Source: the human T2T-CHM13v2.0 reference genome, Homo sapiens
NCBI RefSeq assembly: GCF_009914755.1
Contig: NC_060925.1
Direction: 5' to 3' (one strand)
DNA: 64,000 bases
Part shown: positions 35,427 to 48,590 of the stretch, in pieces
Position numbering within the stretch: position 1 is the stretch's first letter
How the letters are laid out: each line of letters starts with the position of its first letter
Translations under genes and position numbers: made by a program
The notes under the pieces: model-generated
What the model was told of the DNA's origin: nothing
Database searches by the model: none
What the model saw: the letters and a program-made list of their open reading frames with translations, nothing else

Positions 35427-36888
35427 TTAAACAGAGCATGATGAAAAAACGCAGGAAAGGGAAATGATGTCACTCATGCTGGCAGCTTTGAGGACAAGGA
35501 AGCGAAAATGTACGCTTCTGATAGTCAACTACCCCGCCTATCCCACCCTGCTGTCTCCCAGGAAGGTAGCTGGAACTGCAAGTGGGGCAAAGCTCCCAGC
35601 ACTACCAGCCAGTGGCAAGGGCCTTCACCTGCCCACCTTTTGAACTGAGGTTTTTCCTCCAGCAGAACCGAAGGCCCATGTGCTTCCCTGCAAAGTGATG
35701 CAACTGGGTAGGAAGCTCAGATGCCAGCAACTGTGATGTCCTAGATAGGGAAAACCCTGCATTGCAAACTCAGGTCTTGCTTTGGAAAAAAAGGAGTGGC
35801 TGGATTTCCTTCTTGCTGTCTAGAAAATTGTTTCCTGCCCAAAAATGGCTTAATTAGGAAGCTGAGTTTGTTTCCTAGGAAGGGATTCTCCTTCTCTTCC
35901 TTCTGCGCGGCTTACCTTTACAATGCCACTGGCACCGATTATAGCCTGACTCCCGGGTTTGGAACCTCACTTTCTCAAGCTGGCTTGATGTGCCCATGAA
36001 ATGTACCCCTGGCTTCTCTAACACAGTTGCATCCCCCATCTGTTCCACTGGAGCACTAGCAAGGTGCCAAGCACTTGCTGCCCTTGAAGACCCCATGGTT
36101 CATGCGCAGCTATTCCCACATCTCTCCCCCACTATAAGAGTCTTCAGTGGCCCTATGGCCTTAAGGGGGAAAAGTCAAGAATTACAGAATTAAGAAAGCC
36201 AAGTAGAAAGGGGCTTAATAAATCATTTCATTTGTTTTCCCATAATTTACAGATAAGGAAAGGAAGTTATTTTACCAAGACCACACAATGAGGTGAAGGT
36301 AAAGCTAGAGCTAGAACTTCAGTTTCTAGACTCCCAGATCAAATTCATATTCCTTGGTATGGTATTCTTGGTCACTGATATTATAGCCATATTTCCAATT
36401 TGATTCTCCATGGCTTCTCCCCATGAAACCGAGCTCCAGCCAAACAAATCTATTTGCCAGTCCTCAAGTACCTTTTGGGTTTTTCTGTCCTCTCATTTCT
36501 GTTTTGAGTGTCCTTTGTTCAACTTCGCCCTCCTCTCTATCCCTCCCTAGCATCTCTGCTCATTTAAATTCTGCCTACCCTTCAAGGCTTATCTCAAGCT
36601 CTGCTATGTGATAGTGCCCTCCTCTGTGCCCCTTGGCACTTAACTTTCTGCGCGCTCAGCAGTACTGATCTTGGTTCTGCAAACGTACCTCTTATCCTCC
36701 AACAAGGCTGTAGGCAGGTAGTGGCCAGAGACCTGCCCGGGGCATCTCTGTAATCCTCACAGCATTCAGCACAGTGTCTTGCACATAGTAGGCATTTAAT
36801 AAATATCTATTGAAAGAATGGCTTTTAAGATCTATCAGACACAAGGATGATAAAAATGATCTTATGTGTCTATAGGTTTATATAAATA

Positions 36889-36891
<3 letters not shown>

Positions 36892-36928
<37 letters not shown>
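36892..36928. repeat. (TA)n microsatellite
   Basis: Read directly from the sequence. Confidence 0.95.
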
Positions 36929-36929
<1 letters not shown>

Positions 36930-37904
36930 CTCCTGGGTGAGGCAGACAGACGATGTAGGTGTTATCTCCATTTTATTAATGAAACTGAATGCCCGAAAGG
37001 TGTAAAAACTAGACTTGGGTCACCCAAGTTCACCCTGAAAGTTGGTAAGAAAGTGAATATTAGGATTGGGTCTCCTGGCTCTCAGTCCCATGTGATCTTC
37101 AGTGCTAATACCCTCTACATTGTTTCCACTGAAGACTCATTTCTTCTACCAGAATTATGAGATGGGAAAAGCTTCCTTCTCAGTCTCATTTTTAAGAAAA
37201 GCTATTTACTATAGGAGTTTCTCATGCGTTAAGAGTGTCATGTACTGGAATGAACACTTACTGAATACAACTTTGGGGTCTGCCTTTTACCAGTTGAATG
37301 ACCTTGGGCAAGTTACTTCACCTCTCTGAACTATGGTTTCCCCATGTATACAATGAAGGAATTAGACTCGTACTTAAAAATCACTTCTTGCTCTAACAGT
37401 CCAGGAGGAATAGTCTATCATTAGATAAGGAAATTCTTGCCATTGAGGTAGAATTCCTTATATGAAAGAAGATGTGTGTCAGGGGAGCCCCAGGGTCCCC
37501 TCATAAGTTAAATCATAGAGCTCAGGCTTTAGAACATAGCAGAAAGAAGGAACAGTGACAAATCAATATATTCATTCCATAGTCATCAAATGTTCACTGA
37601 GCACCTGCTAGGAGCCTTTGGGTGTTGGGACCAAGAAGATGAACAAGGAGCTCTCAGGTTTGTGAGAGATAGAGACATGCAACTAAAAAATTGTAGTTGA
37701 CCGTGATAAATACAAAAAGCAATATACAAGGTAAAGTTAAGGTGAAAAGGTGGGAGGAATCAGTTCTGCCTTGGGAAATGGGGGTGAAGAGACAGATTAG
37801 AGTGGGGCAGGGGAAGTTTTGCAGAGGAGATGAGGTAAGTTGGTATCTGTACAGAATGTGATGTGGAATGTGGTAAGTGAATTTTAAAAGAATAAAGTAT
37901 TTTG

Positions 37905-38199
<295 letters not shown>

Positions 38200-38255
38200 A
38201 AAGGATAAAGTATTTTGAGATAGGAAAAGGGGAGACTTGATTATTAAAATAGAAT

Positions 38256-38552
<297 letters not shown>

Positions 38553-39549
38553 TCATTACAGGTAACTTAAAACAATGCAATTGGGTTCTTCTTGGTTAAT
38601 GAAAAGGAATTGACTGACATGACTGGCTTATACAAGCCTAGATTTACTGAAAATCTTGATTTCAACTATTCTCATCAGACCACATCTCCCGATTTTACTT
38701 TAATCACACTTATATATGATCATGAGAAATGGTTAACTTGGCACCAATGATGGAAAAATAGGCATGAGCTTAAATAGTTTAAGAGATATTTAGATTAGAT
38801 ATTTGTACATATTTTCAACATTTATCAAGCATTACAATAAAAAGCCATGGTCTTTATTTTCAGGAAACTTTAAGAAGATATCAAAAGATGTTGAAAAGAA
38901 CATTCTGATCCAAAAGGTAGAAACACAAAGAGTCATTGAATGTCAGAACAGGAAAAGACCTTACACACTGTTTAGTCTGTTTCTCTCATTTTACAGATTT
39001 GTAAACTGAGATCCAGAAAGACACAATCATATGCCAAAGTCATACTGTAATGTGGAGTCTTTGGACTCAAATATAAGACTTCAGAATTTTAGATATTTAA
39101 TTTTTAATAAGTTGATAAAGAACATATGATAGTCTCTACCATCTTTATGTTTCCAAGGCGTTGTCTATAATTCATCCCAGGTTCTTTGAATTTAATTTTG
39201 TCTGGGAGCATGGTCCTACATGATGGACTAGTCCCAGCCTAAAAAATTTTCCAGTGTTATTAGGGAGAAAAGACCAAGTTCCATGAAACACAGGACAACA
39301 TTAGATGCTTTCACTGCCAAAGAAAAATCTGCTATTGGAAGTCAGAGAAGGGAGGGATTGGTATAGCCCAGAGTTCTTCAGGAATAAAGGATTTGGGTTT
39401 CATCTTTAATGATGACTAGAGGGAAGGGTGGCCATGTTGGAGAGCAATGGTGGGGATAGCAAGGGCTGAGGAAAAACAGCAGGAATGAGCCCACAGTGTC
39501 TGGAGTTGTGGAGAAACTTGGTTAAGGGGAACTGGGTTTAGAGGAGAGA

Positions 39550-39870
39550 GCAGGAGAATCCCCCAGAATTCTCTTCCAGTTCAGTAACTCAGATCTTCTC
39601 TATCCATCATTTTATCAAGCAGGAAGGTGGAGCCAGAAGGAGGCACATCCTTTATCCACAGCTACAACCAGTAATCCCCTCAGGCAGTGCTTCTTCCAGG
39701 AGGAAGGTGTTGGGGTAATCTGTCCTGCAATTAAGCTGCTGTAGTGCTTGAGGAAGAACAATGCCACCAGAGAAATTCCAAGGGAGTTCCAGCCCTCACC
39801 TGCCTGAGCTCACTTCCTTCATGTGACATGTATATACAGATATAAATAATGGGAAGCCTTTCAACTTGAA
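39550..39870 (+). promoter_or_regulatory. IL20: IL20 upstream TATA/NF-kB promoter candidate
   Basis: TATAAA at 39841-39846. kB-like sites: GGGATTCTCC (minus strand, 39553-39562), GAGAAATTCC 39770-39779 and GGGAGTTCC 39782-39790. Confidence 0.7.
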
Positions 39871-39915
39871 ACAGGCTCCTAGGAGACCAGAAGCAGCAGC
39901 CTTTCCTGAGCTCAG
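39870..39915 (+). other. IL20: IL20 short first non-coding exon (candidate)
   Basis: Starts ~30 nt after the TATA box and ends at the strong donor CAG|gtaaga. The start position is estimated. Confidence 0.65.
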
Positions 39916-41411
39916 GTAAGAGATCTTACCCTCTACTGACACTGCTCACGTTGTTGTGAGGATCACCTACTTCTCCTAATCATTTACCCAGGTATGTTCA
40001 AGGTCACATCTAAAGGACCCTTTTCCACGAGGACAAAATCTCTTTGAGGACAAATAATCATCATGTTTATCTTTGTACTTCAGTACCTAGCACAACATTC
40101 AAGACAGCGGGTGCTCATTAAATGCTCATCAAATTGTTAGTTCAGGACAACTAACATCAATCTCTACTTAAAATGAATTGATCACTTGCTCTGTGCTAAG
40201 TGTATAAATCATAGATTATTGTATTTAAATAATCGATTTAAAATCAAAACAATTTCTGGGTTAAGTTTAATTATCACCATTTTGGGGTTAAGAAAATTAA
40301 ACTCAGAGGTGAGTTGACTTGTCCAAGGTCACATAGAGGTAGGGTGGCCAACTCATTCCAGTTTACCTGTGGTTTTTCCAGTTTTAAAACTGAAATTTTC
40401 GTATTTCAGGAACCATTCCCTGCCCCCCAACCTCAGTCCTGGGTAAACTGGAATGACCCACATCAATGGAAACTAGTAAAGCGAGGATTTATTTGGACCC
40501 AGTTCTCTTGTCTCCAAACCCAGAGTCCTCTTTGATTCTTTTGGGTTTGGTTTGCTTTTTTCCTTTTCCTACATTTGACAGTATCTCGAGTGGTCACAAA
40601 TGTAAAAAATGTCTAGCATATTGCCTGGCATATAGGAAAAATTCAGTAAGTGATAATGATTATCAGTGCTGTGCCAAGCTATGGAGCCAGCCATATATAT
40701 ATGGATGTGTGCATATATATATATGATGTGTGTGTATATATATATGTCTTTATAAATTTTATGTATTTATTTCTTTCAAAAATATTAAAGTATTTGAGAA
40801 AATTGAAAAATTAAAAAGTAGGTTTATTACGACTCATGACTTTAAGTTTAAATATTTTATTTCTGCCCCAAACAAAATTTATTATAATTTTACTGTCCTG
40901 GTTTTAAGGGAAGGAAACTCATCAATAATATTTTCATCATATGCTTTTGAGAAACAAAGTTAACCATTAAGAATGAAACATGAAAACATGTGAATAGTGG
41001 TACAAATTTTTCCTTTTGCTTCAATATGGCTCAGCATGGCACTGTCGAATTTTGTCTTTATATAAAATTTTGATATTTTGTTTGTCATAAGCTTTTTAAT
41101 TCATTTTTATATTGCACTAAAATATTTTTATCTTGATGACTGAGGTTTTTTAGTGCTCCCTTAAATTTTGCACCTAAAATGAGTGCCTCAATTGTTTTAC
41201 CCTAACCTCAGCCCATTATTATTTTATCTTAAAACTCAGCAAACACCCTAACCTGCTCTCTTACTGAGGAGGCTCGCCCAAGAATAAATGAGTTCCGTCA
41301 TTGCCTTTCTTCTCTGACTTTTGGGACCATTTGCTTGGTCTAGGACCTGAGTTGCAGGTCCAGGAAAGCGTGTACTCTCGAATCCACCCAGGAGTGCCTG
41401 ACTACAGTCCT

Positions 41412-41427
41412 CCTGCAGAGGGCGCTG
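41412..41427 (+). promoter_or_regulatory. CTCF core motif candidate CCTGCAGAGGGCGCTG
   Basis: Close match to the CTCF consensus, in a locally CpG-retaining patch. Confidence 0.6.
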
Positions 41428-41653
41428 TGGAGTCCCAGACACGAGTGTTAGGTGGAATCGGGCTGATTGCCCATCACGTCTTGCCTTTCCCTGGCAGTAG
41501 GCTTGTTATGAAATCATTGACTTTCTATTTGCCTCTGGGGCTTAAGCGAATCTGTTACCCTCAAATAACCTATCTGATCTCAGACAAATGCCAAACAGAG
41601 CTCAGTTTCTCTGCCCTGTGGGTGGCCATAAAATCCAGACAATTTCCCCCTAG

Positions 41654-41994
41654 GTGTTTTCGATGGCGCAGCCACAGCTTCTGTGAGATTCGATTTCTCC
41701 CCAGTTCCCCTGTGGGTCTGAGGGGACCAGAAGGGTGAGCTACGTTGGCTTTCTGGAAGGGGAGGCTATATGCGTCAATTCCCCAAAACAAGTTTTGACA
41801 TTTCCCCTGAAATGTCATTCTCTATCTATTCACTGCAAGTGCCTGCTGTTCCAGGCCTTACCTGCTGGGCACTAACGGCGGAGCCAGGATGGGGACAGAA
41901 TAAAGGAGCCACGACCTGTGCCACCAACTCGCACTCAGACTCTGAACTCAGACCTGAAATCTTCTCTTCACGGGAGGCTTGGCAGTTTTTCTTA
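41654..41994 (+). other. IL20: IL20 alternative upstream exon carrying in-frame ATG 41770
   Basis: Donor TTA|gtaagt at 41994. Possible acceptor ttccccctag| at 41653; the 5' boundary is uncertain. Confidence 0.55.
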
Positions 41995-42160
41995 GTAAGT
42001 TGCGTGGATGGGCCACACTGTCTGAGGCCAGATAAGGCTGTTCTCTTCCCCTGACCCCCCACCCCTCACCCCGTGGACACTTGGAGGAGGGGAAACTCAG
42101 TAAGTCATGCTCTCTTCTTTGAATTCCTAGCTCCTGTGGTCTCCAGATTTCAGGCCTAAG

Positions 42161-42319
42161 ATGAAAGCCTCTAGTCTTGCCTTCAGCCTTCTCTCTGCTG
42201 CGTTTTATCTCCTATGGACTCCTTCCACTGGACTGAAGACACTCAATTTGGGAAGCTGTGTGATCGCCACAAACCTTCAGGAAATACGAAATGGATTTTC
42301 TGAGATACGGGGCAGTGTG
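42161..42319 (+). CDS. IL20: IL20 coding exon 1 (53 aa); upstream acceptor at 42130
   Basis: ATG at 42161, donor GTG|gtacgt. Confidence 0.98.
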
Positions 42320-44871
42320 GTACGTAAGCGGGTATCTACCTCTCCTGAAAGCCTTTTCTCTTCCTTCCTTGTCCGTTTCTCTTTCCTGGCAGTACTGGCA
42401 GTGTAATCATAAAAAGAGGCAGGCTGGGGATTCCTTACCCGGGGGATGTATTCCAAAGAAATAACTGTAGTTCAAATATTTAAAATGTTTTGGGAAAGGA
42501 CACCTCCCACTAGTTCTTGGCAGGGAGTGGATGAGAAGTCTTGATATTGAAGACCCTGGCAGCAGGCACTGACTCATCCTTGCTTGTTTTGTCTTCTTCT
42601 GTTTAGCAAGCCAAAGATGGAAACATTGACATCAGAATCTTAAGGAGGACTGAGTCTTTGCAAGACACAAAGGTATGTGCTTGGCCCAGACAAACTCTGG
42701 GAGGAGGAGTGGAGTGGGAGCATCTCCATCACCCTGGTCTTGTCTCTGCTCTCCCCTTTCCCCTCACCAATATACCTGTGGTTTTTTGCAGCCTGCGAAT
42801 CGATGCTGCCTCCTGCGCCATTTGCTAAGACTCTATCTGGACAGGGTATTTAAAAACTACCAGACCCCTGACCATTATACTCTCCGGAAGATCAGCAGCC
42901 TCGCCAATTCCTTTCTTACCATCAAGAAGGACCTCCGGCTCTGTGTGAGTGTGGGTCTTGGGTGACAGGATGCATCTCAGCACACAGCTTCAATGGCTTA
43001 GCAACTAAACTCTCTTTCCTACCTCCATTTAATGGATGGAGAAACTGAGTCCAAAAGTTCTAATAATCTGTGTTGAGACATGTGACTAGGTAATAAGAAC
43101 TCAGTTTTATTGACTTTTCGGTATATGCTCTAGGCAAAAAGTACTTTGCAAAGTCTAAAGAACTATAAGATGCTAACTATTTGATATTAATGATAACTCT
43201 GTTGTCTTTGAAATTATACTTTTTCTGTAGGTGAGGTATCCTACAGTATATTAGTGCGTCCTCTGTCTAGGCAGTCAATTAGTAGACCATTGAGCTTGAC
43301 CTCAGAATATAGTCTGAATAGGACCTAGGAATTCAATTCTTTTTTTTTTTTTCTCATGGGGGCTCAAAGAGCTCTGGGATAGAGCTCCTAGACTACAGCT
43401 GGGGGTTGTGGGGAGGCCAGATGGGGTACGGGGATGGCAAATGCCTTCAGTACTGCCTGCCTATTTCTAAAAAAGAAGTGATGAGTTCCATGTTTGAGCC
43501 TAAAAGGTGGCTTCCTCTCCTAGCTGATGATGAACTTAATGATTCCAAATGTGAGGTCTGAAAGAGCTTTTCTATAGGAATAAGCATCCTCAGGGTTGTG
43601 GGTGAAAGAGTAGAGTTTCTACCTGCTTCATGTCAATGGCAAAAAATCAGAATCTGTAATATAATCTATTATTCTTTGGGTCCTTTTCAGCATGCCCACA
43701 TGACATGCCATTGTGGGGAGGAAGCAATGAAGAAATACAGCCAGATTCTGAGTCACTTTGAAAAGGTATATGCGACTTTGGCATTGATTGGGATGGGTGT
43801 GTTTTAAGAACTGAGATCATAGGTAGGTGGGATGGTTATTCACTGTTAGACATCCTGTAGCCTTCAGGTTCATAGCCCTCTGAAATCATGAGGACCAGCC
43901 CTTGCTTTAACCCAGGGGACACCCATCCAGGCTCTAGAGGAGTACCCTCTCTGGGTGATGCTCTGGAAATGGAAAGGGAATGGCCATGATTCCATCAAGT
44001 CACTACAGTGACATCTGGATCTTTTAGCTGCACAAACCAGAGGCAATAGTTTTACAATGTTCACACACTTCTATGTACCTTTGAAAACACTCACAATTTC
44101 ACACACACACCCATGCCATTCAATTTCTCACCTTCACACCTTCTCATGTCTGCCAGGAAGGCCTGGATTTCACTCCTCACTGACTAAATCCTACTCATCC
44201 TTTAAAGACTCAGCCTGGGCATCACTTTCAGGAAGGTGCTGGCTCCTTCTCTCAGAGTTAGATGCCTCCCACATCATCTTGTAGGAATTTCATCCCTTTA
44301 TTCACCACACTACATTTTAGTTGCCTGTTTTTGCCAGTCTCCTCACTCAACTGTGGATAGGGATTGTGCCATTCACCTTTTCATCCCTAACCATCAGCTA
44401 GGTGATTGGCACAATCAATATCTGTTCAACTGATGTGTGCACCGTAGGCAACCCCTACACACACACACAGGCACGTGCACACACACACACACACACGTTT
44501 CTTAAAGAAAATAGCTTGATTATTTTGATCTCTGTGATTCAAGAGTCTTAAGTAGCAGTTTTACTTCTGCTACCCCCTTGCACCTCAGTTTCTGTACATA
44601 AGACCAGGGTGATGAACTCAATGATTTCCCTTCCTTGTGTGATATCTTGAGATTCTATAACTTCTTTAAGTGCTTCATCTTGAAAAGAATGCTCTGCTTA
44701 CAATTGTCAGCAGACCTATCCATAAAAGAGATAGGTCCTGGAGCAAATGCTGTCTCATGAATTGCTAACCACATGGGTGTGTGTCTCTTTCAGCTGGAAC
44801 CTCAGGCAGCAGTTGTGAAGGCTTTGGGGGAACTAGACATTCTTCTGCAATGGATGGAGGAGACAGAATAG
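42161..44871 (+). CDS. IL20: Interleukin-20 precursor, 176 aa; join(42161..42319,42607..42672,42792..42944,43691..43765,44794..44871)
   Basis: Spliced translation [24 protein letters not shown]...[17 protein letters not shown] matches known IL-20. Six conserved Cys and GT-AG phase 0 introns. Confidence 0.99.
42607..42672 (+). CDS. IL20: IL20 coding exon 2 ([22 protein letters not shown])
   Basis: gtttag| acceptor, AAG|gtatgt donor, 66 nt. Confidence 0.98.
42792..42944 (+). CDS. IL20: IL20 coding exon 3 ([10 protein letters not shown]...KKDLRLC)
   Basis: ttttgcag| acceptor, TGT|gtgagt donor, 153 nt. Confidence 0.98.
43691..43765 (+). CDS. IL20: IL20 coding exon 4 ([25 protein letters not shown])
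   Basis: cttttcag| acceptor, AAG|gtatat donor, 75 nt. Confidence 0.98.
44456..44496. repeat. Interrupted (CA)n microsatellite in last IL20 intron
   Basis: Read directly from the sequence. Confidence 0.9.
44794..44871 (+). CDS. IL20: IL20 coding exon 5 ([25 protein letters not shown])
   Basis: ctttcag| acceptor, TAG stop at 44869-44871. Confidence 0.98.
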   Translation: MEPQAAVVKALGELDILLQWMEETE

Positions 44872-45530
44872 GAGGAAAGTGATGCTGCTGCTAAGAATAT
44901 TCGAGGTCAAGAGCTCCAGTCTTCAATACCTGCAGAGGAGGCATGACCCCAAACCACCATCTCTTTACTGTACTAGTCTTGTGCTGGTCACAGTGTATCT
45001 TATTTATGCATTACTTGCTTCCTTGCATGATTGTCTTTATGCATCCCCAATCTTAATTGAGACCATACTTGTATAAGATTTTTGTAATATCTTTCTGCTA
45101 TTGGATATATTTATTAGTTAATATATTTATTTATTTTTTGCTATTTAATGTATTTATTTTTTTACTTGGACATGAAACTTTAAAAAAATTCACAGATTAT
45201 ATTTATAACCTGACTAGAGCAGGTGATGTATTTTTATACAGTAAAAAAAAAAAACCTTGTAAATTCTAGAAGAGTGGCTAGGGGGGTTATTCATTTGTAT
45301 TCAACTAAGGACATATTTACTCATGCTGATGCTCTGTGAGATATTTGAAATTGAACCAATGACTACTTAGGATGGGTTGTGGAATAAGTTTTGATGTGGA
45401 ATTGCACATCTACCTTACAATTACTGACCATCCCCAGTAGACTCCCCAGTCCCATAATTGTGTATCTTCCAGCCAGGAATCCTACACGGCCAGCATGTAT
45501 TTCTACAAATAAAGTTTTCTTTGCATAACA
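44872..45530 (+). terminator. IL20: IL20 3'UTR with AU-rich elements and AATAAA (45508-45513)
   Basis: About 8 ATTTA pentamers between 45002 and 45319, plus a canonical hexamer. Confidence 0.85.
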
Positions 45531-46950
45531 TCTGCTTGGAGTTTGCAAATGTTTCAAGAGCAGAGACCATGTTGAGGATAAGTTTGAATCTCATTTCACC
45601 CCAGGTCCTCTTGCTCCTTTGAGGAAGAAGATGTAGGAACCTCGATCTTCTCTCTCCTGCAGATTTCATCCTCAGCTCTATCTCCTAATTCATACTGCTC
45701 TGACCCCACGACTGCCCTCCTCTCAAAAGGACTGTGACAGAGTGAGGGGCTTCAGCCATCTCTGCTTTCGCCTCATTGGCTTGGAGCACTGCCCTTTCTA
45801 TACCTCTGTTTTCTTTCTCACCCCATACCCTTGCAAGACAAATTACAATGGGCATGAGGCGCTATTATAAAGGTTAAAAACACACAGGTGCAAAGTGTAG
45901 GTCTAGAGTCTTGCCCAGACAGGTGTATGAGCCCCCTTTTGAGGCCCTTCCATTTTGGATTCTGTCCAGCCTCAGAGTTTAGGTTGTTACCAGATCAAGT
46001 CCTTATCTTTGTGTCCAACTATTAAGTCAGTGTTTTCTTTCCAGGCCCCCTTCAGGTTGAGTGTCCCTGGACACTGAGGAGCCAGAGTTCTGGCCTGGGC
46101 TGGTTCCTTCCTTCTTCCCCCACCTCACTCTGAAGCGCACCCCCAATTTAGTTGCTTAGTTTTCTCAGTCTCAGAAACAACAGTCTCAGGCTGATTCCCT
46201 GGGTCCTAAAGATAACTCTCCTTACTGCTTTAATTTCTACTCCCTGTTCTTAGCCTGGGCCCTGATATAGTTTCAATGACTTTAACTTTTGATAACTCTC
46301 ATTATACAAGTAACAGCTGCCCAACAGAAAAGAAATTTTGGAAGAAAACAGAAATATAAAGAAGAAAATTAAAATCACCCATAATCTCACCACCCTCAGA
46401 CAACCACTTTTAAACATTTATGCTTATTTTTTCCAGATATTTTTTGATGGGTTCAAATCATGACTCAGCTCTCATTACCTGAGTGATTTGTGGGGGCAAA
46501 ACTGAACTTTATTTGGACTTAGTTTCTTCCTTTGGGAAACAGAATGGTAATATCTACTTTACAGGGTGACGGAAGAGGTGGTCTTTTATGTTCCTTTGAT
46601 TTGCTCCCTTGCTTTTGTAAGTTCATACTCCCACTATTGTTGCCCATTTTCTATCAGGTTTTTACCTCTTTTCACCCTTCATCTATCAGGTTTTTCAGTT
46701 GCATATTTCCTGATTCTCTCTGACCAATCTGATAAACAACTTGGCTTCAACTCTGAAAAAACAGTGTTCAGAAGTCAACCACATGGAACTCAGTGCTAAA
46801 ATTAGAATCATCACCTCCAAGGGATGCTACATGGCAAGGAGGAAGCTGGTTTCATCTGCTAAGGATATGGTGAGTGTCTCCCAGATGACCATGTCTGAGT
46901 TTGACCACAGAGCTAAAGACACAGCTCCTCTATTTGCTTCCTAGGAAGGC

Positions 46951-47229
46951 TTTTTCTTTTCTTTCTTTCTTTTTTTTTTTTTTTTTTGAGACAGGTCTTG
47001 CTCTGTTTCCCACGCTGGTCTTGAACTCCTAAGCTCAAGAAATCTTCCCACCTCAGCCTCCCGAGTAGCTGGGAATAGAAGTGCATACCACCACACCTAG
47101 CTAATTTTTGTATTTTTTGTAGAGACAGCCTGTTGCCCTGGCTGGTCTTGAACTCCTGAGCTCAAGTGATCCACCTGCCTCAGCCTCCAAAATGCTGAGA
47201 TTACAGGACTGAAGCCAAAATGCCCAGCC
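46951..47229 (-). mobile_element. Alu (AluJ-type, atypical right arm)
   Basis: Antisense dimer with TSD-like taggaag flanks. Confidence 0.85.
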
Positions 47230-48590
47230 TTAGGAAGCATTTTTGACTCTTCTGAAAGTCTGGGCGATAGGAAGCCTTGGTCTTTGGGGACTCCATGTCA
47301 CTATGTTGCCATTGTCTTGTTACCCTTTGCCTGTCTATTCGTCTTCCCTGAAGAACCCATCTTCTCCTCCAAGTCATTTGTCTCTTTTCTTCTTGACTTA
47401 CTGTAGCACTACATGAGGGAATTCAACAATGTTGAATAATGAGGAATTCAACAATGGAGACATCAAAGTAGACTGGAGGTTAAGGGAAAACTGCACAAAG
47501 ATGGGACCATTGAGGACAGACACTGAAGAATGGTTTATGATAGTCACTTCTGATTACAATAACCAAAATTATTATTGTCAAGTATTAAGCACTTAGCATG
47601 TGCCAGGCGTTGTAATGGAAGCTTCACATATAGTACACTATTTAATCCTTAAAACAACCTTAGTCTTATTGAAACAACTAATCTTACTACCAGTTTGCAA
47701 ATGACAGTGTGCTCAGAAATGGTAAGTAATTTGTGCAAGGTTTTACAGCTAATAGAAGTCAGAACCAAGATATGAATGTGGGTGGTCTGATACCACAGCC
47801 CTACATACTTTTGGACTTTCTTGTCCTTTTTCCCAACAATGGCATCTTGTCTTCAGAAGCACAGCAGAAAGGAATAATGAGGTTTAGTTTCCTAGAGACA
47901 TAAGTAAAAATTCTGACTCTGACTCTCACTGTCTTGGACAAGGGACATCACCATCTTCAGTTTTTCATCTGCAAGGTGGGGATATTACTTGCCAGACTGA
48001 ATGGATATGAGGACTAAATGAGATTGCAATAGCTAATTTGTACCAGTACTTATAATGTAAGTGTTCTAAGCATGTTACAAATATCTGGCCATCTAATTTG
48101 CACAAGAGCATGATGAGATATTTCCATTATTATTCCCATTTTACAGATGAGGAAATTGAAGATGAGAGGTAAAATATCATGTTCAAGTTCACTAGCTACC
48201 AATGGTGGAGATAAAATATGAATGCACGTGGGAAGACTGGAGAGCCATGCTTTTAACCCCTGGACTTTGCTGGATGGGTAGAATGCCCAGGACATACAAA
48301 GCACCTGACCAGCAGCAGCTCTGGCCACTATCAGAGGAAAATGATGAGGTTTCCTGCCAAGCTATAGCACTAACAATTAATTTCCTGGTGCAACTTACCT
48401 CTGTGACATCTGTGCTGAATTTTGTTTCTCTATGGGTCTAAATCTTGTTTCTTCAACAAGCAGAGCATAAGTTCCTTTGGAGATGACAAGATAAATACGT
48501 TAAATCTCAGGTTGACCTATCAGGTCTGGTTAGTATTAGCGGTTAGACCTTAAATAGGCCACTCCCCTTCTCTGGAGGGAGTACATATTC

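Noticed and set aside
41301-41738. 145-aa ORF upstream of IL20
   Set aside because: TTG start, ends before the IL20-linked ATG 41770, and has no recognisable features.
45331-45341. CTC-TGT-GAG as a Roquin CDE-like stem-loop in the IL20 3'UTR
   Set aside because: Only a 3-bp stem, and the flanking bases do not pair.
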